From Naegleria gruberi (taxonomy: Eukaryota): a stretch of DNA of 64,000 bases. Below the pieces are notes generated by a model. It made no database searches. It worked only from the letters and a program-made list of their open reading frames with translations, and was not told the origin of the DNA. The position numbers were made by a program, and so were the translations under genes. This document shows positions 32,396 through 44,743 of this stretch, in pieces; the stretch's first letter is position 1; each line of letters starts with the position of its first letter. The DNA lies in the NCBI GenBank assembly GCA_000004985.1, contig GG738861.1; one strand, written 5' to 3'.

Positions 32396-35300
32396 ATGTC
32401 ATTTGACAACAGCAGGGAGTCTGTCTTGTCAAAGAAACTTCTATCGGGTGACATTTACCTTTCCATTAAATTGTCGAATCCCTTCCACAACTTGAAAAAT
32501 AGAAAATTCCAAGTTTTTATAAATTGCATTGGTTCGGAATTGAATAATGATGATGGCAATAGAATCAGATTAATATATTCCTATTCCTGTTTATGTGAAC
32601 CAAGTAGTGAAAGTACGAGTCTTGTTGGAAGCAATGGATATTCGAATGATTTGAATGATAAGTATATTGATCCATTGACAAGAATGGTTACAATTCAAAG
32701 TACAATTTCACCCAAAGAAGTGACACAATCCGAGGATGGTAAATCACTTTTTATTAAAGTGGGAAATTATGGAAAGAATCCAGGAAGAACACAAATCAAA
32801 TTCTTGGCTCTCGTATTTGAAATCCAGTATCAGAATCAATACTATCAAGCTTACATCACCATTAAAACTCAAAGAGGAAGTGGTGTTGAGCAAAGAGGTT
32901 GTACAACCAAAGAATCCTGTTTCATTTCAGATGCTGTTCAAAATGAGGAGGATGAATTCATTCAGGCTTTTTTAAGGTTTAACTCTTTAGGCTCTTCTTT
33001 AAGTAATTGTTCAAGTCCAACCAACAGGAGGAGAACACCAAACAGCAAGCCAAACTTTGGAAGTGTCTTTGCAGAGCAAAAATTTGTAAATTTCATGGAA
33101 GGCACAACAGATTCTCTTGACAGACTTACTCCTGATATTATTGCTGTTGGACAATCTGACAACTATGATGATGAAATTGATTATCAAAATTCACTTACTG
33201 ATTTTTACAATACCATCACATTCACAAAAATCCATTTTGAAAATGGACCAAAACAGGGTGGACAACCAAATACTCTTTATTTATCATTCAAAGACAGCTC
33301 AAAAACTGGATTGTATGAACTGATAAAACACCATTCAATGCAAAGTATCAGTATGTGGTTTGTACCAAAGCATCACCCAGAAGTTCAGGTAGGTCTTCCA
33401 CAAATACTTCACATCAGTGAAATTGGAAATTATGCAGCCCTCCATTTTATTACTTCTCCAGTTCTTACACATTTTGAGGGTGATTTGGATTCTTGTGTTT
33501 TCTTGGTTATTGATAATGAAATAATTGATGGACTAGTTGACTATACATTTGTTGACATTTCAGATAATATTCAATCTACAGATTATTACAATACAGAAGA
33601 GAATCTGAGAGGGGTTCAGTACACTACCCAGCAAGGAGGTAATACCCAAACAACCTCAAACTATTCTCTTAGTAAATACTCCCCAGTCGTTACCATATTG
33701 AACATTGGACAATTTGCAAAACAACAATACCAACAATCTATGGATAAATTTGAGAATTTAGGTCATTTCATTGAAAATTTCCAAATGCAATTCGGTAAAA
33801 TAATTGACGTATTTGGATACAACTTTGCTGGATTCCTCAAATCCAATGGATTTGTGGTAGAAGGTGTCACATTTGAAGAAGTGATTTGTCCTACTAGTTC
33901 CAATGAACAATTAGTAACAATTGAACCAGCTGAGGTCCGAAAAGAAGAAAAGGTATTTGGCGCAGAAGAGGTAACTGATATGATTGTAAAATCTATTCAA
34001 AATAGAATTTCTTTAGAAGATGAGAAGATGATTGAAAACTCTGTGCAAACATTGGCACACAAAAGCAGTGATCTTGATACAAAACAAGCTGAAGAATATA
34101 TTGTCATCAACACTGTTGTTCCAAAACACTTGGAAGCTAATTACAATCCAGGAAAACGTCACGCCAGAAATGACAAAGAGCCATATCTCAATCTCAAATT
34201 TGTTATATACGATGCTAATGCACTTCCTTCCCAAGATGCACAAAACAATATTCCAAAATTGAAAGTGGCTCTTTTCTTTGCCAAGTTTGTTATTTCTTTT
34301 GATGACAAAACTCACTTGATAGTTATTGAAGATCAAGAAAAGAAAGAAAATTTCCTCTATCAAACCTTCTATGATTGTAACATTTACAAAGTTAGAAAGA
34401 ATGAAGAAATTGATAGCTTCCTTTATAGATTGGCTGAATTCAACTGTGCATGGAACTGTTCTCAATTCTATGATGAAAAGAACAGCAATACTGGACATTA
34501 TGTCATTTCAGTTTTGAAATATTTGAAGATTTGGGATCCATCTGCACTTTGGGCTAAATTTGCTATCAATGTATGTGAAGGCAAACCACTTGAAAAACAT
34601 GTGACAATTTATCCAGACTTTTTCCACATGGATTCAAAGCAAAGTATCCCAGCAATGCTCAACGGTACTAAAGCAGCAGAATGTCCAAAATTGAAGGACA
34701 CAATAACAGGATATGTGAAACAATCATCAGATGCTCCATTTAAATATCATTTCAGTGGGTATTCAGACGATCCAGAAGTTGAAGCAAAAGCAGCCAGAAC
34801 TGAATTGGAATTCATGTATGAATTGCTTCGTGAATGTGGTGAAAGTTATTTGAGAATTTTGGAAGATAGTGTTCGTGCTCAAAGATTGTTAAAGAAAATA
34901 ATGCAAACAAATTACGGTCAATCTCTCTCAAGTGACACATGGCAACACTTGAAACAGTTATCTGACAAGCATAATCAAACTTTCCACAAACAAATGTACA
35001 ACTTCCCTAATTTCTTCAATCTCATCAAGCCAACCAAGAATTCTGAAGTCGTGGAAAAGGCAGCCAAAAATGCTTGGAGAACTATGCAGGAATCAACCAA
35101 CATGCAACTGAGTGAACCATCTATCCCAGATGTTCCAGATGTTGTTGAAGGAAAAATCCATTTTACTAATCTTGATTCGCCTTTAAACGACAATCCAAAA
35201 CTACTAACTCTTAACTTATCAGGACCTTTACCACGCTCAGTTCTACCTGAATCTGTAACAATCTCATATGAGCTTGATGAAGACGATAGAGGTAAGGTGC

Positions 35301-35821
35301 TTGTTAGCGATTCTAGAGTTGTTAATGTAAATCAGACAAGTAACAATTTACAAATTAATTTTGAAGTGCCAACTTCAAACACCTGTGATTTCAATTATTT
35401 CAAAATTCAAGCAAGAATGGTGGTTAAGATTAATGGTTTTCCTTTGGATTCTGAAGAAATTATATTTACAATTAGACACGATCCAAGCAAGTATGTTCAA
35501 GTATGCACAGGTTCTAAAGTTGTCAATGCAAATGGACAGACGCTAACGCTGTTCTTGAGATTTTCTGAACCAACTCGGCTCAATGGTGTCATTAATCTTT
35601 ATAGTTCTATGAAGTGCAGCTACATCACTCCCATTCTAGATCGTTTCCAAAAACATTCTGACAGAGAATATAGTTATACATTTCAATTGGAAAACAATTA
35701 TGACATATTCCACATATTTGTTAGGACAGAAGCAGAGGATATTCTAGTTGGAACTATTCATGTAAGTAAGCAACATTTATTGATTACTAAATTATTTCAT
35801 ATTGTAGAATTTGGAATTTAA
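32396..35821 (+). CDS. large (1141 aa) soluble orphan protein
   Basis: Uninterrupted 3.4 kb ORF with an ATG start. No TM segments and no recognisable catalytic motifs by eye. Confidence 0.6.
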   Translation: MSFDNSRESVLSKKLLSGDIYLSIKLSNPFHNLKNRKFQVFINCIGSELNNDDGNRIRLIYSYSCLCEPSSESTSLVGSNGYSNDLNDKYIDPLTRMVTIQSTISPKEVTQSEDGKSLFIKVGNYGKNPGRTQIKFLALVFEIQYQNQYYQAYITIKTQRGSGVEQRGCTTKESCFISDAVQNEEDEFIQAFLRFNSLGSSLSNCSSPTNRRRTPNSKPNFGSVFAEQKFVNFMEGTTDSLDRLTPDIIAVGQSDNYDDEIDYQNSLTDFYNTITFTKIHFENGPKQGGQPNTLYLSFKDSSKTGLYELIKHHSMQSISMWFVPKHHPEVQVGLPQILHISEIGNYAALHFITSPVLTHFEGDLDSCVFLVIDNEIIDGLVDYTFVDISDNIQSTDYYNTEENLRGVQYTTQQGGNTQTTSNYSLSKYSPVVTILNIGQFAKQQYQQSMDKFENLGHFIENFQMQFGKIIDVFGYNFAGFLKSNGFVVEGVTFEEVICPTSSNEQLVTIEPAEVRKEEKVFGAEEVTDMIVKSIQNRISLEDEKMIENSVQTLAHKSSDLDTKQAEEYIVINTVVPKHLEANYNPGKRHARNDKEPYLNLKFVIYDANALPSQDAQNNIPKLKVALFFAKFVISFDDKTHLIVIEDQEKKENFLYQTFYDCNIYKVRKNEEIDSFLYRLAEFNCAWNCSQFYDEKNSNTGHYVISVLKYLKIWDPSALWAKFAINVCEGKPLEKHVTIYPDFFHMDSKQSIPAMLNGTKAAECPKLKDTITGYVKQSSDAPFKYHFSGYSDDPEVEAKAARTELEFMYELLRECGESYLRILEDSVRAQRLLKKIMQTNYGQSLSSDTWQHLKQLSDKHNQTFHKQMYNFPNFFNLIKPTKNSEVVEKAAKNAWRTMQESTNMQLSEPSIPDVPDVVEGKIHFTNLDSPLNDNPKLLTLNLSGPLPRSVLPESVTISYELDEDDRGKVLVSDSRVVNVNQTSNNLQINFEVPTSNTCDFNYFKIQARMVVKINGFPLDSEEIIFTIRHDPSKYVQVCTGSKVVNANGQTLTLFLRFSEPTRLNGVINLYSSMKCSYITPILDRFQKHSDREYSYTFQLENNYDIFHIFVRTEAEDILVGTIHVSKQHLLITKLFHIVEFGI

Positions 35822-35966
35822 ATCCTCTGAATTGGAAGAGTAAATTTATTTTGTAATAAATAATGTAAATATGTAAATAATCATTTTCCCGACAAAATGT
35901 TAATAACTAACAAAAAAATGTCTAACATCTTCTTTCAGTCATTTTGAGACGGGTTCCCATTTCTAT

Positions 35967-36530
35967 TTGAATGCTTTGAAGAAAATATTTAGGAAATTAG
36001 AAAGAAAGCAACTAAAGTTGGAGAATATTTTCTTGAAAATCAATCAGATTATGGATTGGCTAAATGTCAACATTCCTAATTGTGGAACTTTAGGTTTTAT
36101 TGATCCTGCATTGTCAAATGGAAGTACACAATTCAATTATTCCTGTGACATTTACAGTTTTGGTAAAACTGTCATGCAATTCATCTTGGGAAAGAAATTC
36201 AATCCTTCTTATTATGATTCTGATCTTGAGGAAATGATTAAGGAAGCTGGAATTTCAATTAATTTAAGTTCATTGATTCATAGAATGATTGACCCAGATC
36301 TATTGGAAAGAATTCAACTTGAAATGGTTTTGGAAATTGCTAGGGAAAATCTCCAACCTAAAAAACAGTTTCGGCCACAATCAATAGGTGTAATGGTAGA
36401 GAGTCCAAGTGCTAAATCTCAATTTCGTCCAATCAATAAGTTTCGAAACCACCAAGTACAAATTCTGAATTTGGTATTTTTCATTGTGCTTCCCATGTTT
36501 CAAATAATCGTTGTTTGTATTAGAACTTGA
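35967..36530 (+). pseudogene. protein-kinase C-lobe-only fragment (probable gene remnant)
   Basis: Contains kinase subdomains VIb-like KLENIFL, VIII GTLGFIDPA and IX DIYSFG. No N-lobe motifs (GxGxxG, VAIK) exist in any frame upstream. The listed start is TTG. Confidence 0.4.
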
Positions 36531-37107
36531 ATGGACTGTAAATAAACTTTGGTACACTGTAACTTCATCAAGCAATACAAAAATATTGAACCAGTGGTGG
36601 AAATTTCCAATATTCGAAACTTTCGAATAGCACTGTGAAATGGAAAGTCAAATCATCTAGATACCCCCACAAATGAGAATTCAAGCAATCCAGATTACAA
36701 GATTCGTGTATGAATGAGAATACAACAACTTCTGGATTGTTCAATTTAAATGTCGTTGGCTAAGTTGACCAACAAAATGATTTCGTTACAATCTTTCTAC
36801 AGTCCCACAAAGTCACAATCAATCAATACCTTTCCTTACTAGCACGAATCAACAATAACAAACTGGCATAACATGTCTCTATTCAGCAACTCATCTGCCA
36901 AACGTCAATTTTTATGTCGCACTCAAAAATCTTGAAAAATACATACGGCTGTTTTCACTACACAATCCTTCTCGCATTATCCAGTCAATTATCAATAATG
37001 ACAGATCTCTAATTTTTCCAAGACGCACAAAAGTGTCAGCTGCCACATGTTTAATAACATTGAACCACCAACTTCCTATTCTCTTCTCTATCATCATTAA
37101 AAAAAAT

Positions 37108-40100
37108 ATGTCAAACAACACCCAACGAGCACTGACAGGTCTTTTTCTACTCCTGTTAATTGTCAGTTTGGTCACTTGCCAAACCAATTGTCCACAAGAC
37201 GCTCAAGGTTTAACATTATTTTCCAGTATTTCTGGATTTTCAACTGCTAACAGTCAAATTACGATTAGCACAGCTGTCAAGGTTGACAAATCTCCACCTT
37301 ACAAACTTCGTTCCATCACTGTTTTAAATGGAGGTTCACTTATTTTCGATAACGCCAATTTGACTTTGAATGTTGATTTTATTAGAGTCGAGTCTGGAGC
37401 TAGTTGGATTATGGGAAGTGCCACATGTCCAATTACTAATAAGATTGTCTTGACATTTTATGGATCACGTACTACTGAGAATGAAATTGGAACAGATCCA
37501 TTTGATAATGTGAATATGGGATCAAAGGGAATTGGTTTTCTTTCTGGATCTAGAGTTCAAATCTTTGGTCAAGTTGACTCACCAACATTTACTGATCTTG
37601 CTGTTACTGCTGTTAAAGGAAGTAATCAAATCAAGTTGAGTGAAAGTGTTTCATGGAGAGTTGGTGATTCCATTGTTATTGCTACCTCAGATTATGGTGA
37701 AATGTTGGACTATACTAAAATAACTTCTTCATTGATTGGTTGGGCTAGAGGTGTTAAATTCCCAGATCAAAATGAAGAACGTATCATTACTCAAGTTTTG
37801 GATGGTGGTAAGACTATTGTCTTGGATGCTCCACTCAATTATACTCACTACAGTGATGGAGATAAGATTAAGCCAGAAGTTGGTTTATTGTCGAGAAGAA
37901 TTGTTTTCCAAGGAGATAATTCATCTGATGCTTCTCAATTTGGTGGCCATTTTATGGTTCGTTTGGTTACTCAATTCCAAGTTGAAGGTATTGAAATTAG
38001 AAAGTTTGGTCAATATGGTTTGATGGGAAGATATTCATTCCATCTTCACCTTTTGGAAAATACTGCTCAAGGTACTGCTTTGGGTACTCAATACTATATT
38101 AAGGGATGTTCAGTTCATGACTCATTCCAAAGATGTTACGTTGTTCACGATACTAATTATTTCTTGCTTCAAGACAATGTCTGTTTCAATTCTAATGGAC
38201 ATCAATACTTTTTGGAAGATGGTTCAGAGTTAGGTAATGTTTTCAAACATAATTTGGCAATTCGTGCCAAGCCAGTTTATGACTTGACCTATCGTCTGAT
38301 TCCATCTGATAGTGATGTTGCTAATTTTTGGATTACCAACCCAAACAATACATTTATTGACAACCATGCTTGTGGTTCCAAACATGCTTTTTGGTTTACG
38401 TAAGTTATCACAATTTATTCCTCTATTAATGTTTTAAATTTTAGAATGCCAACCTTCCCAACAGGTGCAAGTGCTTCCCTGTATGCTCCAGGTTCTATCA
38501 ATCCAAGAACTGCTCCTCCAAAGCCATTTTCTGGAAATGTAGCTCACGGTTCACAAAATGGTCTTTTTATCGATGACATGGAAAAGCCAGACGGTACAAC
38601 TGAACAAGCTGGTTATTATCCATCCATTGAGGCATTAATTGATAATTTTATTGCTTACAAAAATAGAGGTTATGGTATTTGGGCTCGTTGTGGTAATATT
38701 GTTTTCAAAAACTTGTACTTGACTGATAATATGAGACAAATGAACTCTCCTCCAGGTACTTCATATATTACTGATTCCATCATGATTGCTGAATCTGACA
38801 ATGTTGGTGATTATACTTTGAGACCTTCTGTTGATGTTGGTAATAGAACTAGACCAAATGCTTACTACTCACTTACCACTGTTATTAAGGGTTATGAAAC
38901 TTATGATAACGGCGGTGCTGAATTGTTGAGAAATGTCACTTTCAGAAACTTTGTCACTGACAAGTATAAGAGAGCTGGTTGTTTGTCAGTCCTTGATAAC
39001 TTCTTCAGACTCCATACTAGAAATAGATATTGTGATTTGAAGTTTGAAAATTCTCCTCAAAGAGTTTTCTTGGATACAGTCACTTATGAAAACCACAAGG
39101 GTGCTGCCCTCATGGATATTGATGGTTCCATCACTGGTATTGCTGGTGGTGCTTGGATTGGAGGTATTGACCCAATTCAAAACTGGGAAGGTTGTATCAC
39201 CAGATATGACTGGAATAATGCTTCAGTTTGTCCATTGATGGGTGAATCACTCTTCCAATTGAGAGTTTTGAATTATAACATTTCTGGATCAGTAATTGTT
39301 GATCCATACGGAGTTTCACACGCTGATTACAAGGATAACTCAAAGAAGATTCCAAGATTGTTCCTTACTGATCTCTTGAGAAATATTCAAGGTACTGTTG
39401 CTGGTGTTCAATCCAGTGGAGGAGAATTCTATATGCAAGCTAACGTTCCAGCTCGTGGTTTCTACGCTATCAAGTTCAACTGGGATCTCCCACCTCCAAA
39501 TCCAATGAATTTGCAAATGCAATCATCAGCTGCTGGTGATTGGAGTGTTTTGGCTATTCAATATCCACTCGGTTCTACATTCACAGTTACTTCAAGCGGG
39601 CCAGGAACACTCAATTTGTGTGACTCATTGGAAGATGTCATTAACTTCCCAACCCAATGCTACTATTTCAATACCACAACAGGTCACTTGTACCTCAAGT
39701 TGAAGAATGCCAACTCTAAGAGTAACAAGAAGGAATGGTACGGATTTGTTGACTATGGTAATTGGGGTAACTCTGTTGCTGTCAATATTACTGCCAAATG
39801 TCCAAATGATTATTGTGGTACTTCCACTCCAAGTCTTCCTGCAAATCCAAGAGAAACTTACAGAGTTTACATGAAGGAAGATAGATTCGTCGGTCGTTTG
39901 GAAATGTGTCAACAAGCTGCTGTTTCTGCATTGGCCCCTGGTTCTACTAGTGCTGTTGGTTCAGTCTTTGCATTCTTGAATTACAATGACAGATTATTGG
40001 ACATTGTTCTCCATCACAATTTGAACAATAAGGCAAGTTTGGTTGAAGTTGGTGTTGGTGCTCCTGGTGCAGTTGAAAGATATATCACTTACAGTTATGT

Positions 40101-41136
40101 TCCATCTCCATATTCTCAAAGTAGATTTGGATTACAATTATCTCATGGTGAATGGGTTGACTTGTTGAAGGGAAGAATTTTCATCAAGGTTTCCTCTACT
40201 GAAAATCCAAATGGTCACTTGAGAGCTCAATTGTACTGTAGTGGTAAATGTAATTTGCCACCAGCAGTTTCAACAACTTCTCCATGTACTGTTAAGAACG
40301 CATCTCAAGTTATTACCTTGTACGATGAAGGAGCTACCTTCAAGTCAACTGGATTTACCAATGGTCCTTATGCTAGTACTAGTCCTGATTACTATGTTGC
40401 CAACATTACCTATCCATTCAATCCAATTTGTGGTAATTCTTCTTATTACTTTGGTCTCAAGAAGGGTGGATTCCAACTTTACAGAGGTTCAGTTGTCAAT
40501 GTCGATACCAGTGTTTACAAGTACTTTGAATTTTTCATTAAGGGAACCAATAACTCTGGTGTGATTGAATTGGTCACTAGTTTTGCTTACTACAATACCA
40601 CTTCAAAGACCTATATTAATATCAAGACTGGTATGCCAACCAATGCTACTTATGTTCAACACTACAAGATTGATGATACTCGTATCACCAGAGTTAGATA
40701 TCCACTTGCTGATATTGGATTCCAAGGAGTTCAACCATTCAGTAAATTCGCCTTCTACTTGGGTAACCAGGGACAATACAGAGAAATGATTATTGACAAT
40801 ATTCGTTTCGTTGGTGATCAAGGAACTGAAGAAACATCCAGATTTATCACTTCAAGTGAAATTAAGACCTGGGGATCTGTTTCTACATGTGGTGCATCAG
40901 CTAGTCCAGATGTTGATCCATTGAAGATGTCATCCTTATTCTTTGATGTCACCAATGAAGTGAGATCAGGTCAAGAAACACCTATTGAACCAGGTACTTC
41001 ATCTATTCCTGCACCTTCATCAAGCAATACTGCCATTCCAAGAGCTTCTGCTTTTTCTGGTGCTTCTGCTATTGGAATGAATATGCTCATCATGGTTATT
41101 GTTGCTTTGGTTTCATCCTTCTTCATTGCTTTCTAA
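37108..41136 (+). CDS. G8-domain / right-handed beta-helix cell-surface glycoprotein (CEMIP/TMEM2/fibrocystin-like); 2 exons, 45-nt GTAAGT...TTTTAG intron about 38400..38444
   Basis: Signal peptide MSNNTQRALTGLFLLLLIVSLVTC. G8-like block (ITVLNGGSLIFDNANLTLNVDFIRVESGASWIMGSATCPITNKIVLTFYG). Beta-helix region (FHLHLLENTAQGTALGTQYYIKGCSVHDSFQRCYVVHDTNYFLLQDNVCFNSNGHQYFLEDGSELGNVFKHNLA). ORF 38446..41136 joins in frame after intron removal. C-terminal hydrophobic tail MNMLIMVIVALVSSFFIAF. Confidence 0.7.
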
Positions 41137-41302
41137 ATTAATTTTGAATCTCAATAAACAGAAAGTATTTCATCAAACTTATCTGAACCTTTTGCTTATT
41201 ATGTTTTCGTCTTTGATATCAATCTTTCAAGAAGGAGTTAAATATTATTGAAAAAGAAGAAACCTTTAGAATATTGTAAATGAATCTGCTATTTATTCAA
41301 GT

Positions 41303-42863
41303 TTAATGATCCCACCACAAAATTCCTCTAAACTTTTCATTTCTCTTCAAGGCAACACAATTCTTCAAATTTTCGAATAAAGCACCAAAGAAACTCTTAT
41401 CAGTCTCATCTCTATAATAATTTCCAAGTTTTCCCTTAATTGCTTTCGTTGCTTCCTCAGCATGATAGAATGGAATCTTTGAAAAGACATGATGACACAC
41501 ATGTGTATCAGTAATGTGATGCAATTTGGAATCCAAGAATGAACCCATCGAACGATCAATGGTACACAAAGCTCCCTTCAACCAATTCCACTCACCTTCA
41601 TCCAAATGAGGAACGTCATCGTGGACGTGTTGTAAAAAGGTAATTGAGGTCAATAGGAAGAAATTAATACTGAGTGGTAAGACATAGACAGTGACCATCA
41701 CTTGCCATCCATAAATTTGGAATAATTGATAGAGAATGAATAACATGGCAATTACTCCAAAATTAGACAAGTAAATCTTTAAGGTTTCTCTACTATTAAA
41801 GATTGGAGAGGATGGTAAAAAGTGAGAGGTGAATTTGATTGGATACTTTTGTGAAATTTGCTTATAGTCAGAATATTCATTTTCATCATCTTGAGAGTTT
41901 CCATCACTTTCGGTAATAATAGTTGGTTCATAACGAATGCCCTTTGCATAATAGGCCACAACATTTTCCTTAACTGGACCAGAAACATTGAGCACCAAGT
42001 GAAGTGGCCAACCAATAGTTGCCATAACAATCATATCAGTAATGGCAGAAAGAGATGATTCAGATTTTGGTTTCATTTCAACTTGTTTGTCAACTTGAGA
42101 TTTTTGAGCTGGATTATTAGAAGGAATTGGTTGGACATTTTGAGGAACCCAGGTTTGATCTCTTGTCATGTGATTGGTATTTGCATGGTGAATAGCATGT
42201 GATTTCTGAAGAATTTCAAAAAATATTCAAATATTCCAGTAAAAAATTAACAAATTCTCTGGTTGACTAAACTTACTTGCCAAGCAAAATATGGAACCAA
42301 CAAGGCACTTCCGACAATGTAACCGACAATATCACAAACAAGAGGACTATCAGCAAAAGCATAATGTCCACATTCATGCTACAATCATAATAAAATATTC
42401 ACACAAATTGTTCGAAATATTTCACACAATTTCACACGAATTATTCGAAACATAAAGATGAAATCCATAATATATAAACCTAATCGAATAATAATTAACC
42501 TACCTGAAGAACCCACAATCCAGTAAATGTAAAACCTTCAATAAAAACATAACCACAAAACAAGACACCCTGCAACAAGTAATAAATTGGACTCAACACT
42601 ACAATTTGATTCAAATTAGCAAACCACCACGATTCTAACAAATTGGAAAAGTAATAATAGGCAACAGTATAGGCAATTAATTGAACCAAATCTGAAATGA
42701 GATGGAGCATACTGGTCATGACAGGTCTTTGGAAGCAATGTTTTGGGATGGCTTCCTTTAATTCACGAAGAGTGAAGGGAATGGCATCTCCGTGGTAGAG
42801 TGAAGAGAGTTTGTCATACTTTTCAGCTTGTTGAGCGCAAGATTCTGATGTGGCAGCTGACAT
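41303..42863 (-). CDS. FAD2: delta-12 (omega-6) fatty acid desaturase, FAD2 family; 3 exons (42863..42504, 42378..42277, 42205..41303; introns 125 and 71 nt)
   Basis: N-terminal PFTLRELKEAIPKHCF. Three His boxes: HECGH (exon 2), HAIHHANTNH and HVCHHVFSKIPFYHA (exon 3). Introns are GTAGGT...TGTAG and GTAAGT...TTCAG. A hydrophilic insertion (KPKSESSLSAITD...) lies between His boxes 1-2 and 3. Confidence 0.85.
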
Positions 42864-44743
42864 TTTTTTTCTTTCGAGATCTTTTTGAAAATACGGAAAT
42901 TTCAAGCATATCCTAGTGCGATGGATAAAAAGACCGGATTGCTATCCGAACAGTAACTCTGTCATACTGTTTAGGATGCCTTTTTTTTCACAAGTAATTT
43001 TGTAAACTTCTTTACAATATTTAATTCTCCTACTCTTTAAAATTTTTATTGCACAAAAGGACAATCACATGTGATACGAAATTAAATCCTCTACAAACAT
43101 ACAATCCAATCAAATAATCATATCTGATATTCTCATAAATATTTCCACACATTAGAATTTGTAATTCATGCCTCACCGATATGGAGACGTGTCCATTGCC
43201 ACCCATAAACCAGTTCCTTGTGATTTCCTCATTGATTGGGAGTGGATGAAAAAAGAGGTTCCTTACTCTCCGATGATGAAACAGCAACAAATTACCAGCA
43301 ATAAAAATTTGATCATCAATATCTAGGATTCATCATGAGCGCTATAATTACAGCTTCATAATAGAATTATTTAAGCATTAAGGATGAATGGTCTTTTTGC
43401 AAAAAACAAGATCACAGTTCTCCATTACTATTATTTACACAACAAAATCGTGCTAAAATGATATCCAAATTTGTTTATTGAAATGAAAACCTTGCATGCT
43501 GATTATTGGTGCTTGGGCTTGGATGCAATATTGTATCCAACATTAGCAAAAATCTGGTGAGGAGCAAAATTCAATTTTTATTGAGACAATGAACCAGAGC
43601 GATTAGGGTTGGATTTTTCACAACCGAGAAGACAACACCACAAGAGAATGGAAACTGAAACTTTGTGTTCAAGCCATTTATCATGTGATCTGAAATTATT
43701 GTAAGAGAACAAGAAATGAATACACACCTTTCATTTTGGGTGAAATTTTACTGGTGACATGATAGGTGCATGCGACTTGTCTCTCAAGTTATGAATAAAA
43801 ACAGCCGAACAAATTTTATACATTGAATACCGTACCTTTTAAAATACTCAAGTAAAGGACTATATTCCTTATTTCAGAAACTCAACAGAATACATCTACA
43901 GTACAGTGAATTGTAAATAAGTTACAACAGCCATTACAGAAACCCCCTAAATAAGAAACCTAAAACCTCATGTCAATGACTCTAGTAAATAAGTATGCTT
44001 TCATTCCCCACAACAACATGAACCTTGCAATTGTCAATTCAAAGAACAATTGAATGAAAGGTGTTGGAAAATTTGTGCGAAGATTCAACACGTTTTGATG
44101 AAATTGTACAGGACTGCCGAAATGCAAGGAAGGTAATAGCCAAAATAATCAATAACTTGTTGATAGTGTTGTTTATCATCGGGAGATGTTTCCGCCACAA
44201 GTAGGACAATAGATTCACATATTTTTTGTTATCTAATCTCTCTGTGCATTAATTTGCTTACTGCAAACCAAAAATCAACTTTAGATATTCACACAACACA
44301 GCGCTATGGAGAGAATACAAGATCCTTATTGGCTACCGTAGCAATGTACTTGTATTTTTTAGTTTTGGGAAATAAGGCAACAATACTGTTGGTTGGGTGC
44401 GATTCTCTGTGTCGCAGGCAAGTTGATAAAACCGACCTTAACTTGCACGATTATGGCATTTAAGTGCACTTTTGCCAAGAACAACAACAAGAAAAAAAAC
44501 TCTTGCAACGTTCTTATTAGCGTTATCATCAACGACAATTTTGAAAAACACAACACAACACCACCTTGATTATTTGCTTGTTGTAGCTGTGTTGTTTGTT
44601 TATGAGTTGTGAAGAGTTTGTGCAGTTTTTTCAACATTTTGCGATTAAAGGCTTTGTACTCTCATCAAATCTAGAGAACGTTGCGCAACCAACCACGTGT
44701 GTTGTTACATCTTCATCAACAACAACAACAATTAATCATCCTC

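Noticed and set aside
43030-43290. 86-aa ORF in the 1.9 kb spacer between the FAD2 and F-box-like genes
   Set aside because: Isolated ORF in AT-rich intergenic DNA with no motif. It is more likely promoter/UTR sequence of the divergent flanking genes.
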